A stretch of 64,000 nt of DNA from Eledone cirrhosa (lineage: Eukaryota). Location of the stretch: positions 130,386,001 through 130,450,000 of the forward strand of contig OZ024744.1 of NCBI GenBank assembly GCA_964016885.1, read 5' to 3'. Within the stretch, counting starts at the first letter, position 1. Each line of letters begins with the position of its first letter. A program made the translations under genes and the position numbers. Below the pieces are notes generated by a model. The model was not told the origin of the DNA, did not search any database, and saw only the letters and a program-made list of their open reading frames with translations. Below are positions 1 to 10,472 of the stretch, in pieces.

Positions 1-475
1 GTTAAGTTGGGGTTAAGTTAAGTCGGGGTTAATTTAAGTCGGGGTTAAGTTAAGTTAGGGTTCAGTTAAGTTGGGGTTAAGTTAAGTTGGGCTTGAGTTA
101 AGTTGGGGTTGAGTTAAATTGGGGTTGAGTTAAGTTGGGGTTGAGTTAAGTTGGTGTTGAGTTAAGTTGGGGTTAAGTTAAGTTGGGGTTAAGTTAAGTT
201 GCAGTTAAGTTAAGTTGAGGTTAAGTTAAGGTGCGGTTAAGTTAAGTTGGGCTTAAGTTAAGTTGGGGCTAAGTTAAGTTGGGGCTAAGTTAAGTTGGGG
301 CTAAGTTAAGTTGGGGTTAAGTTAAGTTGGGGTTAAGTTAAGTCGGGGTTAAGTTAAGTTGGGGTTAAGTTAAGTTGGGGTTAAGTTAAGTTGGGGTTAA
401 GTTAAGTTGGTTAGTTAAGTTGAGTTTAAGTTAAGTTGGGGTTAATTTAAGTTGGGGTTAAGTTAAGTTGGGGTT

Positions 476-650
476 AACCCCAACTTAACTTAACCCCAAC
501 TTCACTCAACCCCAACGTAACTCAACCCCAACTTAACTTAACCCCAACTTCACTCAACCCCAACTTAACTTAACCCCAACTTCACTCAACCCCAACTTCC
601 AACTTGACTTAACCGCAACTTAACTTAGCCCCAACTTAACTTAAGCCCAA
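476..650 (-). repeat. Inverted satellite block, type A* (175 bp, aaccgcaac variant)
   Basis: C-rich reverse-complement monomers from GGGGTT|AACCCC to AAGCCCAA|AGTCGG; contains cttccaacttgac and ccgc. Confidence 0.95.
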
Positions 651-2267
651 AGTCGGGGTTAAGTTAAGTTGGCGTTAAGTTAAGTTGGCGTTAAGTTAAG
701 TTAGGCTTAACTTAAGTTGGGGTTCAGTTAAGTTGGGGGTAAGTTAAGTTGGGGTTAAGTTAAGTTAGGGTTAAGTTAAGTTGGGGTTGAGTTAAGTTGG
801 GGTTAATTAAGTGGTGGTTATGTTAAGTTGGCGTTAAGTTAAGTTGGGGTTAATTTAAATTGAGGTTAAGTTAACTTTGTGGTTAAGTTAAGTTGGGGTT
901 AAGTTAAGTTGGGGTAAAGTTGGGGTTGAGTTAAGTTGGGGTTGAGTGAAGTTGGGGTTAAGTTAAGTTGGGGTTAAGTTAAGTTGGGGTTAAGATAAGT
1001 CGGGGTTAAGTTAAGTTGTGGTTGAGTTAAGTTGGGGTTAATTTAAGTTGGGGCTAAGTTAATTTGTGGTTAAGTTAAGTTGTGGTTAAGTTAAGTTGGG
1101 GTTAAGTTAAGTTGGGGTTGAGTTAAGTTGGGGCTAAGTTAATTTGGGGTTAAGTTAAGTTGGGGTTAAGTTAAGTTGGGTTTAAGTTAAGTTGGGGTTA
1201 AATTAAGTTGGGGTTAAATTAAGTTGGGGTTAAGTTAAGTTGGGGGTAAGTTAAGTTGGGGGCAAGTTAAGTTGGGGTTAATTTAAGTTGGGGTTAAATT
1301 AAGTTGGGGTTACGTTAAGTTGGTGTTAAGTTAAGTTGGGGTTAATTTAAGTTGGGGTTAATTAAGTTGGGGTTAAGTTAAGTTGGGGTTAAGTTAAGTT
1401 GGGGTTAATTTAAGTTGGGGTTGAGTTAAGTTGGGGTTAAGTTAAGTTGGGGTTATATTAAGTTGGGGTTAAGTTAAGTTGGGGTTCAGTTAAGTTGGGG
1501 TTAAGTTAAGTTGGGGTTAAGTTAAGTTGAGGTTAAGTTAAGTTGGGGTTAAGTTAAGTTGGTGTTAAGTTAAGTTGGGGCTAAGTTAAGTTGGGGCTGA
1601 GTTAAGTTGGGGCTGAGTTAAGTTGGGGTTAAGTTAAGTTGGGGTTAAGTTAAGTCGGGGTTAAGTTAAGTCGGGGTTAAGTTAAGTTAGGGTTCAGTTA
1701 AGTTGGGGTTAAGTTAAGTTGGGGTTGAGTTAAGTTGGGGTTGAGTTAAATTGGGGTTGAGTTAAGTTGGGGTTGAGTTAAGTTGGTGTTGAGTTAAGTT
1801 GGGGTTAAGTTAAGTTGGGGTTAAGTTAAGTTGCAGTTAAGTTAAGTTGAGGTTAAGTTAAGGTGCGGTTAAGTTAAGTTGGGGTTAAGTTAAGTTGGGG
1901 CTAAGTTAAGTTGGGGCTAAGTTAAGTTGGGGCTAAGTTAAGTTGGGGTTAAGTTACGTTGGGGTTAAGTTAAGTCGGGGCTAAGTTAAGTTGGGGTTAA
2001 GTTAAGTTGGGGTTAATTTAAGTTGGGGTTGAGTTAAGTTGGGGTTAAGTTTAGTTGGGGTTAAGTTAAGTTGGGGTTAAGTTAAGTTGGGTTTAAGTTA
2101 AGTTGGGGTTAAGTTAAGTTGGGGTCAAGTTAAGTTGGGGTTAAGTTAAGTTGGTTAGTTAAGTTGAGTTTAAGTTAAGTTGGGGTTAATTTAAGTTGGG
2201 GTTAAGTTAAGTTGGGGTTAAGTTAATTTGGGGTTAAGTTAAGTTGGGGTTAAGTTAAATTGGGGTT

Positions 2268-2451
2268 AACCCCAACTTAACTTAACCCCAACTTCACTCA
2301 ACCCCAACGTAACTCAACCCCAACTTAACTTAACCCCAACTTCACTCAACCCCAACTTAACTTAACCCCAACTTCACTCAACCCCAACTTAAGTCAACCC
2401 CAACTTAACTTAACCCCAACTTGACTTAACCCCAACTTAACTTAAGCCCAA
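2268..2451 (-). repeat. Inverted satellite block, type B (184 bp)
   Basis: Contains aagtcaacc, lacks the ttagcccc monomer, followed by agtcggag. Confidence 0.95.
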
Positions 2452-4234
2452 AGTCGGAGTTAAGTTAAGTTGGCGTTAAGTTAAGTTAGGCTTAACTTAA
2501 GTTGGGGGTAAGTTAAGTTGGGGGTAAGTTAAGTTGGGGTTAAGTTAAGTTGCGGTTAAGTTGGGGTTAAGTTAAGTTAGGGTTAAGTTAAGTTGGCGTT
2601 GAGTTAAGTTGGGGTTAATTAAGTGGTGGTTATGTTAAGTTGGGGTTAATTTAAATTGGGGTGAAGTTAACTTTGTGGTTAAGTTAAGTTGCAGTTAAGT
2701 TAAGTTGAGGTTAAGTTAAGTTGGGGTTAAGTTAAGTTGGGGTTAAGTTAAGTTGGGGCTAAGTTAAGTTGGGGCTAAGTTAAGTTGGGGCTAAGTTAAG
2801 TTGGGGTTAAGTTAAGTTGGGGTTAAGTTAAGTTGGGGTTAAGTTAAGTTGGGGTTAAGTTAAGTTGGTGTTAAGTTAAGTTGGGGCTAAGTTAAGTTGG
2901 GGCTGAGTTAAGTTGGGGCTGAGTTAAGTTGGGATTAAGTTAAGTTGGGGTTGAGTTAAGTTGGGGTTAAGTTAAGTTGGGGTCAAGTTAAGTTGGGGTT
3001 AAGTTGGGGTTAAGTTAAGTTAGGTTTAAGTTAAGTTGGGGTTAAGTTAAGTTGGGGTTAAGTTAAGTTGGGGTTAAGTTAAGTTGGGGTTAAGTTAAGT
3101 TGGGGTTAAGTTAATTTGTGGTTAAGTTAAGTTGGGGTTAAGTTAAGTTGGGGTTAAGTTAAGTCGGGGTTAAGTTAAGTTGGGGTTAAGTTAAGTTGGG
3201 GTTAATTTAAGTTGGGGTTAAGTTAAGTTGGGGATTAAGTTAAGTTGGGGATAATTTAAGTTGGGGTTAAGTTAAGTTTGGGTTTAAGTTAAGTTGGGGT
3301 TAAGTTAAGTTGAGGTTAAGTTAAGTTGGGGTTAAGTTAAGTTGGTTAGTTAAGTTGAGTTTAAGTTAAGTTGGGGTTAATTTAAGTTGGGGTTAAGTTA
3401 AGCTGGGGTTAAGTTAAGTTGGGGTTAAGTTAAGTTGGGGTTAATTTAAGTTGGGGTTAAGTTAAGTTGCGGGTAATTTAAGTTGGGGTTAAGTTAAGTT
3501 GGGGTTAAGTTAAGTTGGGGTTAAGTTAAGTTGGGGTTAAGTTAAGTTGGGGCTAATTTAAGTTGGGGCTGAGTTAAGTTGGGGTTAAGTTAAGTTGGGG
3601 TTAAGTTAAGTTGGGGTTAAGTTAAGTTGGGGTTTATTTAAGTTGGGGTTAAGTTAAGTTGGGGTTCAGTTAAGTTGGGGTTCAGTTAAGTTGGGGTTAA
3701 GATGGGGTTAAATTACGTTGGAGTTAAGTTAAGTTGGGGTTAAGTTAAGTTGGGGTTAAGTTAAGTTGGGGTTAAGTTAAGTCGGGGTTAATTTAAGTCG
3801 GGGTTAAGTTAAGTTAGGGTTCAGTTAAGTTGGGGTTAAGTTAAGTTGGGCTTGAGTTAAGTTGGGGTTGAGTTAAATTGGGGTTGAGTTAAGTTGGGGT
3901 TGAGTTAAGTTGGTGTTGAGTTAAGTTGGGGTTAAGTTAAGTTGGGGTTAAGTTAAGTTGCAGTTAAGTTAAGTTGAGGTTAAGTTAAGGTGCGGTTAAG
4001 TTAAGTTGGGCTTAAGTTAAGTTGGGGCTAAGTTAAGTTGGGGCTAAGTTAAGTTGGGGCTAAGTTAAGTTGGGGTTAAGTTAAGTTGGGGTTAAGTTAA
4101 GTCGGGGTTAAGTTAAGTTGGGGTTAAGTTAAGTTGGGGTTAAGTTAAGTTGGGGTTAAGTTAAGTTGGTTAGTTAAGTTGAGTTTAAGTTAAGTTGGGG
4201 TTAATTTAAGTTGGGGTTAAGTTAAGTTGGGGTT

Positions 4235-4409
4235 AACCCCAACTTAACTTAACCCCAACTTCACTCAACCCCAACGTAACTCAACCCCAACTTAACTTAA
4301 CCCCAACTTCACTCAACCCCAACTTAACTTAACCCCAACTTCACTCAACCCCAACTTCCAACTTGACTTAACCCCAACTTAACTTAGCCCCAACTTAACT
4401 TAAGCCCAA
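4235..4409 (-). repeat. Inverted satellite block, type A
   Basis: cttccaacttgac and ttagcccc diagnostics. Confidence 0.95.
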
Positions 4410-6002
4410 AGTCGGGGTTAAGTTAAGTTGGCGTTAAGTTAAGTTGGCGTTAAGTTAAGTTAGGCTTAACTTAAGTTGGGGTTCAGTTAAGTTGGGGGTA
4501 AGTTAAGTTGGGGTTAAGTTAAGTTAGGGTTAAGTTAAGTTGGGGTTGAGTTAAGTTGGGGTTAATTAAGTGGTGGTTATGTTAAGTTGGGGTTAAGTTA
4601 AGTTGGGGTTAATTTAAATTGGGGTTAAGTTAACTTTGTGGTTAAGTTAAGTTGGGGTTAAGTTAAGTTGGGGTAAAGTTGGGGTTGAGTTAAGTTGGGG
4701 TTGAGTGAAGTTGGGGTTAAGTTAAGTTGGGGTTAAGTTAAGTTGGGGTTAAGATAAGTCGGGGTTAAGTTAAGTTGTGGTTGAGTTAAGTTGGGGTTAA
4801 TTTAAGTTGGGGCTAAGTTAATTTGTGGTTAAGTTAAGTTGTGGTTAAGTTAAGTTGGGGTTAAGTTAAGTTGGGGTTGAGTTAAGTTGGGGCTAAGTTA
4901 ATTTGGGGTTAAGTTAATTTGGGGTTAAGTTAAGTTGGGGTTAAGTTAAGTTGGGTTTAAGTTAAGTTGGGGTTAAATTAAGTTGGGGTTAAATTAAGTT
5001 GGGGTTAAGTTAAGTTGGGGGTAAGTTAAGTTGGGGCTGAGTTAAGTTGGGGTTAAGTTAAGTTGAGGTTAAGTTAAGTTGGGGTTAAATTAAGTTGGGG
5101 TTAAGTTAAGTTGGGGTTAAGTTAAGTTGGGGATAAGTTAAGTTGGGGATAATTTAAGTTGGGGTTAAGTTAAGTTGGGGTTAAGTTAAGTTGGGGTTAA
5201 GTTAAGTTGGGGATAAGTTAAGTTGGGGTTAAGTTAAGTTGGGGTTAAGTTAAGTTGGGGTTAAGTTAAGTTGGGGCTAAGTTAAGTTGGGGCTGAGTTA
5301 AGTTGGGGTTAAGTTAAGTTGGGGGTTAAGTTAAGTTGGGGTAAATTTAAGTTGGGGTTTATTTAAGTTGGGGTTAAGTTAAGTTGGGGTTCAGTTAAGT
5401 TGGGGTTAAGTTAAGTTGGGGTTAAGATGGGGTTAAATTAAGTTGGGGTTAAGTTAAGTTGGGGTTAAGTTAAGTTGGAGTTAAGTTAAGTTGGGGTTAA
5501 GTTAAGTCGGGGTTAAGTTAAGTCGGGGTTAAGTTAAGTTAGGGTTCAGTTAAGTTGGGGTTAAGTTAAGTTGGGGTTGAGTTAAGTTGGGGTTGAGTTA
5601 AATTGGGGTTGAGTTAAGTTGGGGTTAAGTTAAGTTGCAGTTAAGTTAAGTTGAGGTTAAGTTAAGGTGCGGTTAAGTTAAGTTGGGGTTAAGTTAAGTT
5701 GGGGCTAAGTTAAGTTGGGGCTAAGTTAAGTTGGGGTTAAGTTACGTTGGGGTTAAGTTAAGTCGGGGTTAAGTTAAGTTGGGGTTAAGTTAAGTTGGGG
5801 TTAATTTAAGTTGGGGTTAAGTTAAGTTGGGGTTAAGTTAAGTTGGGGTTAAGTTAAGTTGGGGTTAAGTTGGGTTTAAGTTAAGTTGGGGTTAAGTTAA
5901 GTTGGTTAGTTAAGTTGAGTTTAAGTTAAGTTGGGGTTAATTTAAGTTGGGGTTAAGTTAAGTTGGGGTTAAGTTAAGTTGGGGTTAAGTTAAGTTGGGG
6001 TT

Positions 6003-6218
6003 AACCCCAACTTAACTTAACCCCAACTTAACTTAACCCCAACTTCACTCAACCCCAACGTAACTCAACCCCAATTTAACTTAACCCCAACTTCACTCAA
6101 CCCCAACTTAACTTAACCCCAACTTCACTCAATCCCAACTTAAGTCAACCCCAACTTAACTTAACCCCAACTTGACTTAACCCCAACTTAACTTAGCCCC
6201 AACTTAACTTAAGCCCAA
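6003..6218 (-). repeat. Inverted satellite block, type C (216 bp)
   Basis: Extra first monomer, plus caatttaac, caatccc, aagtcaacc and ttagcccc diagnostics. Confidence 0.95.
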
Positions 6219-7490
6219 AGTCGGGGTTAAGTTAAGTTGGCGTTAAGTTAAGTTAGGCTTAACTTAAGTTGGGGGTAAGTTAAGTTGGGGGTAAGTTAAG
6301 TTGGGGTTAAGTTAAGTTGCGGTTAAGTTGGGGTTAAGTTAAGTTAGGGTTAAGTTAAGTTGGCGTTGAGTTAAGTTGGGGTTAATTAAGTGGTGGTTAT
6401 GTTAAGTTGGGGTTAATTTAAATTGGGGTGAAGTTAACTTTGTGGTTAAGTTAAGTTGGGGTTAAGTTAAGTTGGGGTTAAGTTGGGGTTGAGTTAAGTT
6501 GGGGTTGAGTGAAGTTGGGGTTAAGTTAAGTTGGGGTAAAGTTAAGTTGGGGTTAAGTTAAGTCGGGGTTAAGTTAAGTTGTGGTTGAGTTAAGTTGGGG
6601 TTAATTTAAGTTGGGGCTAAGTTAATTTGTGGTTAAGTTAAATTGGGGTTAAGTTAAGTTGGGGTTAAGTTAAGTTGGGGTTAAGTTAAGTTGCAGTTAA
6701 GTTAAGTTGAGGTTAAGTCAAGTTGGGGTTAAGTTAAGTTGGGGTTAAGTTAACTTGGGGTTCAGTTAAGTTGGGGCTAAGTTAAGTTGGGGTTAAGATG
6801 GGGTTAAATTAAGTTGGGGTTAAGTTAAGTTGGGGTTAAGTTAAGTTGGGGTTAAGTTAAGTTGGGGTTAAGTTAAGTCGGGGTTAAGTTAAGTCGGGGT
6901 TAAGTTAAGTTAGGGTTCAGTTAAGTTGGGGTTAAGTTAAGTTGGGGTTGAGTTAAGTTGGGGTTGAGTTAAATTGGGGTTGAGTTAAGTTGGGGTTGAG
7001 TTAAGTTGGTGTTGAGTTAAGTTGGGGTTAAGTTAAGTTGGGGTTAAGTTAAGTTGCAGTTAAGTTAAGTTGAGGTTAAGTTAAGGTGCGGTTAAGTTAA
7101 GTTGGGGTTAAGTTAAGTTGGGGCTAAGTTAAGTTGGGGCTAAGTTAAGTTGGGGCTAAGTTAAGTTGGGGTTAAGTTACGTTGGGGTTAAGTTAAGTCG
7201 GGGCTAAGTTAAGTTGGGGTTAAGTTAAGTTGGGGTTAATTTAAGTTGGGGTTGAGTTAAGTTGGGGTTAAGTTTAGTTGGGGTTAAGTTAAGTTGGGGT
7301 TAAGTTAAGTTGGGTTTAAGTTAAGTTGGGGTTAAGTTAAGTTGGGGTCAAGTTAAGTTGGGGTTAAGTTAAGTTGGTTAGTTAAGTTGAGTTTAAGTTA
7401 AGTTGGGGTTAATTTAAGTTGGGGTTAAGTTAAGGTGGGGTTAAGTTAATTTGGGGTTAAGTTAAGTTGGGGTTAAGTTAAATTGGGGTT

Positions 7491-7674
7491 AACCCCAACT
7501 TAACTTAACCCCAACTTCACTCAACCCCAACGTAACTCAACCCCAACTTAACTTAACCCCAACTTCACTCAACCCCAACTTAACTTAACCCCAACTTCAC
7601 TCAACCCCAACTTAAGTCAACCCCAACTTAACTTAACCCCAACTTGACTTAACCCCAACTTAACTTAAGCCCAA
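7491..7674 (-). repeat. Inverted satellite block, type B
   Basis: aagtcaacc; followed by agtcggag. Confidence 0.95.
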
Positions 7675-10288
7675 AGTCGGAGTTAAGTTAAGTTGGCGTT
7701 AAGTTAAGTTAGGCTTAACTTAAGTTGGGGGTAAGTTAAGTTGGGGGTAAGTTAAGTTGGGGTTAAGTTAAGTTGCGGTTAAGTTGGGGTTAAGTTAAGT
7801 TAGGGTTAAGTTAAGTTGGCGTTGAGTTAAGTTGGGGTTAATTAAGTGGTGGTTATGTTAAGTTGGGGTTAATTTAAATTGGGGTGAAGTTAACTTTGTG
7901 GTTAAGTTAAGTTGCAGTTAAGTTAAGTTGAGGTTAAGTTAAGTTGGGGTTAAGTTAAGTTGGGGCTAAGTTAAGTTGGGGCTAAGTTAAGTTGGGGCTA
8001 AGTTAAGTTGGGGTTAAGTTAAGTTGGGGTTAAGTTAAGTTGGGGTTAAGTTAAGTTGGGGTTAAGTTAAGTTGGTGTTAAGTTAAGTTGGGGCTAAGTT
8101 AAGTTGGGGCTGAGTTAAGTTGGGGCTGAGTTAAGTTGGGATTAAGTTAAGTTGGGGTTGAGTTAAGTTGGGGTTAAGTTAAGTTGGGGTCAAGTTAAGT
8201 TGGGGTTAAGTTGGGGTTAAGTTAAGTTAGGTTTAAGTTAAGTTGGGGTTAAGTTAAGTTGGGGTTAAGTTAAGTTGGGGTTAAGTTAAGTTGGGGTTAA
8301 GTTAAGTTGGGGTTAAGTTAATTTGTGGTTAAGTTAAGTTGGGGTTAAGTTAAGTTGGGGTTAAGTTAAGTCGGGGTTAAGTTAAGTTGGGGTTAAGTTA
8401 AGTTGGGGTTAATTTAAGTTGGGGTTAAGTTAAGTTGGGGATTAAGTTAAGTTGAGGATAATTTAAGTTGGGGTTAAGTTAAGTTTGGGTTTAAGTTAAG
8501 TTGGGGTTAAGTTAAGTTGGGGTTAAGTTAAGTTGGGGTTAAGTTAAGTTGGTTAGTTAAGTTGAGTTTAAGTTAAGTTGGGGTTAATTTAAGTTGGGGT
8601 TAAGTTAAGCTGGGGTTAAGTTAAGTTGGGGTTAAGTTAAGTTGGGGTTAATTTAAGTTGGGGTTAAGTTAAGTTGCGGGTAATTTAAGTTGGGGTTAAG
8701 TTAAGTTGGGGTTAATTTAAGTTGGGGTTAAGTTAAGTTGGGGTTAAGTTAAGTTGGGGTTAAATTAAGTTGGGGCTAATTTAAGTTGGGGCTGAGTTAA
8801 GTTGGGGTTAAGTTAAGTTGGGGTTAAGTTAAGTTGGGGTTAAGTTAAGTTGGGGTTTATTTAAGTTGGGGTTAAGTTAAGTTGGGGTTCAGTTAAGTTG
8901 GGGTTCAGTTAAGTTGGGGTTAAGATGGGGTTAAATTACGTTGGACTTAAGTTAAGTTGGGGTTAAGTTAAGTTGGGGTTAAGTTAAGTTGGGGTTAAGT
9001 TAAGTCGGGGTTAATTTAAGTCGGGGTTAAGTTAAGTTAGGGTTCAGTTAAGTTGGGGTTAAGTTAAGTTGGGCTTGAGTTAAGTTGGGGTTGAGTTAAA
9101 TTGGGGTTGAGTTAAGTTGGGGTTGAGTTAAGTTGGTGTTGAGTTAAGTTGGGGTTAAGTTAAGTTGGGGTTAAGTTAAGTTGGGGTTAAGTTAAGTTGG
9201 GTTTAAGTTAAGTTGGGGTTAAATTAAGTTGGGGTTAAATTAAGTTGGGGTTAAGTTAAGTTGGGGGTAAGTTAAGTTGGGGGCAAGTTAAGTTGGGGTT
9301 AATTTAAGTTGGGGTTAAATTAAGTTGGGGTTACGTTAAGTTGGTGTTAAGTTAAGTTGGGGTTAATTTAAGTTGGGGTTAATTAAGTTGGGGTTAAGTT
9401 AAGTTGGGGTTAAGTTAAGTTGGGGTTAATTTAAGTTGGGGTTGAGTTAAGTTGGGGTTAAGTTAAGTTGGGGTTATATTAAGTTGGGGTTAAGTTAAGT
9501 TGGGGTTCAGTTAAGTTGGGGTTAAGTTAAGTTGGGGTTAAGTTAAGTTGAGGTTAAGTTAAGTTGGGGTTAAGTTAAGTTGGTGTTAAGTTAAGTTGGG
9601 GCTAAGTTAAGTTGGGGCTGAGTTAAGTTGGGGCTGAGTTAAGTTGGGGTTAAGTTAAGTTGGGGTTAAGTTAAGTCGGGGTTAAGTTAAGTCGGGGTTA
9701 AGTTAAGTTAGGGTTCAGTTAAGTTGGGGTTAAGTTAAGTTGGGGTTGAGTTAAGTTGGGGTTGAGTTAAATTGGGGTTGAGTTAAGTTGGGGTTGAGTT
9801 AAGTTGGTGTTGAGTTAAGTTGGGGTTAAGTTAAGTTGGGGTTAAGTTAAGTTGCAGTTAAGTTAAGTTGAGGTTAAGTTAAGGTGCGGTTAAGTTAAGT
9901 TGGGGTTAAGTTAAGTTGGGGCTAAGTTAAGTTGGGGCTAAGTTAAGTTGGGGCTAAGTTAAGTTGGGGTTAAGTTACGTTGGGGTTAAGTTAAGTCGGG
10001 GCTAAGTTAAGTTGGGGTTAAGTTAAGTTGGGGTTAATTTAAGTTGGGGTTGAGTTAAGTTGGGGTTAAGTTTAGTTGAGGTTAAGTTAAGTTGGGGTTA
10101 AGTTAAGTTGGGTTTAAGTTAAGTTGGGGTTAAGTTAAGTTGGGGTCAAGTTAAGTTGGGGTTAAGTTAAGTTGGTTAGTTAAGTTGAGTTTAAGTTAAG
10201 TTGGGGTTAATTTAAGTTGGGGTTAAGTTAAGTTGGGGTTAAGTTAATTTGGGGTTAAGTTAAGTTGGGGTTAAGTTAAATTGGGGTT

Positions 10289-10472
10289 AACCCCAACTTA
10301 ACTTAACCCCAACTTCACTCAACCCCAACGTAACTCAACCCCAACTTAACTTAACCCCAACTTCACTCAACCCCAACTTAACTTAACCCCAACTTCACTC
10401 AACCCCAACTTAAGTCAACCCCAACTTAACTTAACCCCAACTTGACTTAACCCCAACTTAACTTAAGCCCAA
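10289..10472 (-). repeat. Inverted satellite block, type B
   Basis: aagtcaacc; followed by agtcggag. Confidence 0.95.

Noticed and set aside
449-502. Rho-independent terminator or tRNA/ncRNA hairpin
   Set aside because: The hairpin is made only of satellite monomers, with no U-tract, upstream gene or cloverleaf features.
476-650. Site-specific invertible switch (shufflon or phase variation)
   Set aside because: All copies are in the same orientation, no flipped-back version of the block is seen, and no recombinase gene is present.
476-975. Annotating the module as a bona fide piggyBac or MITE element
   Set aside because: TTAA flanks and CCCC/GGGG ends are unavoidable given the monomer. There is no transposase and no clean empty-site match, so it is reported only as a hypothesis.
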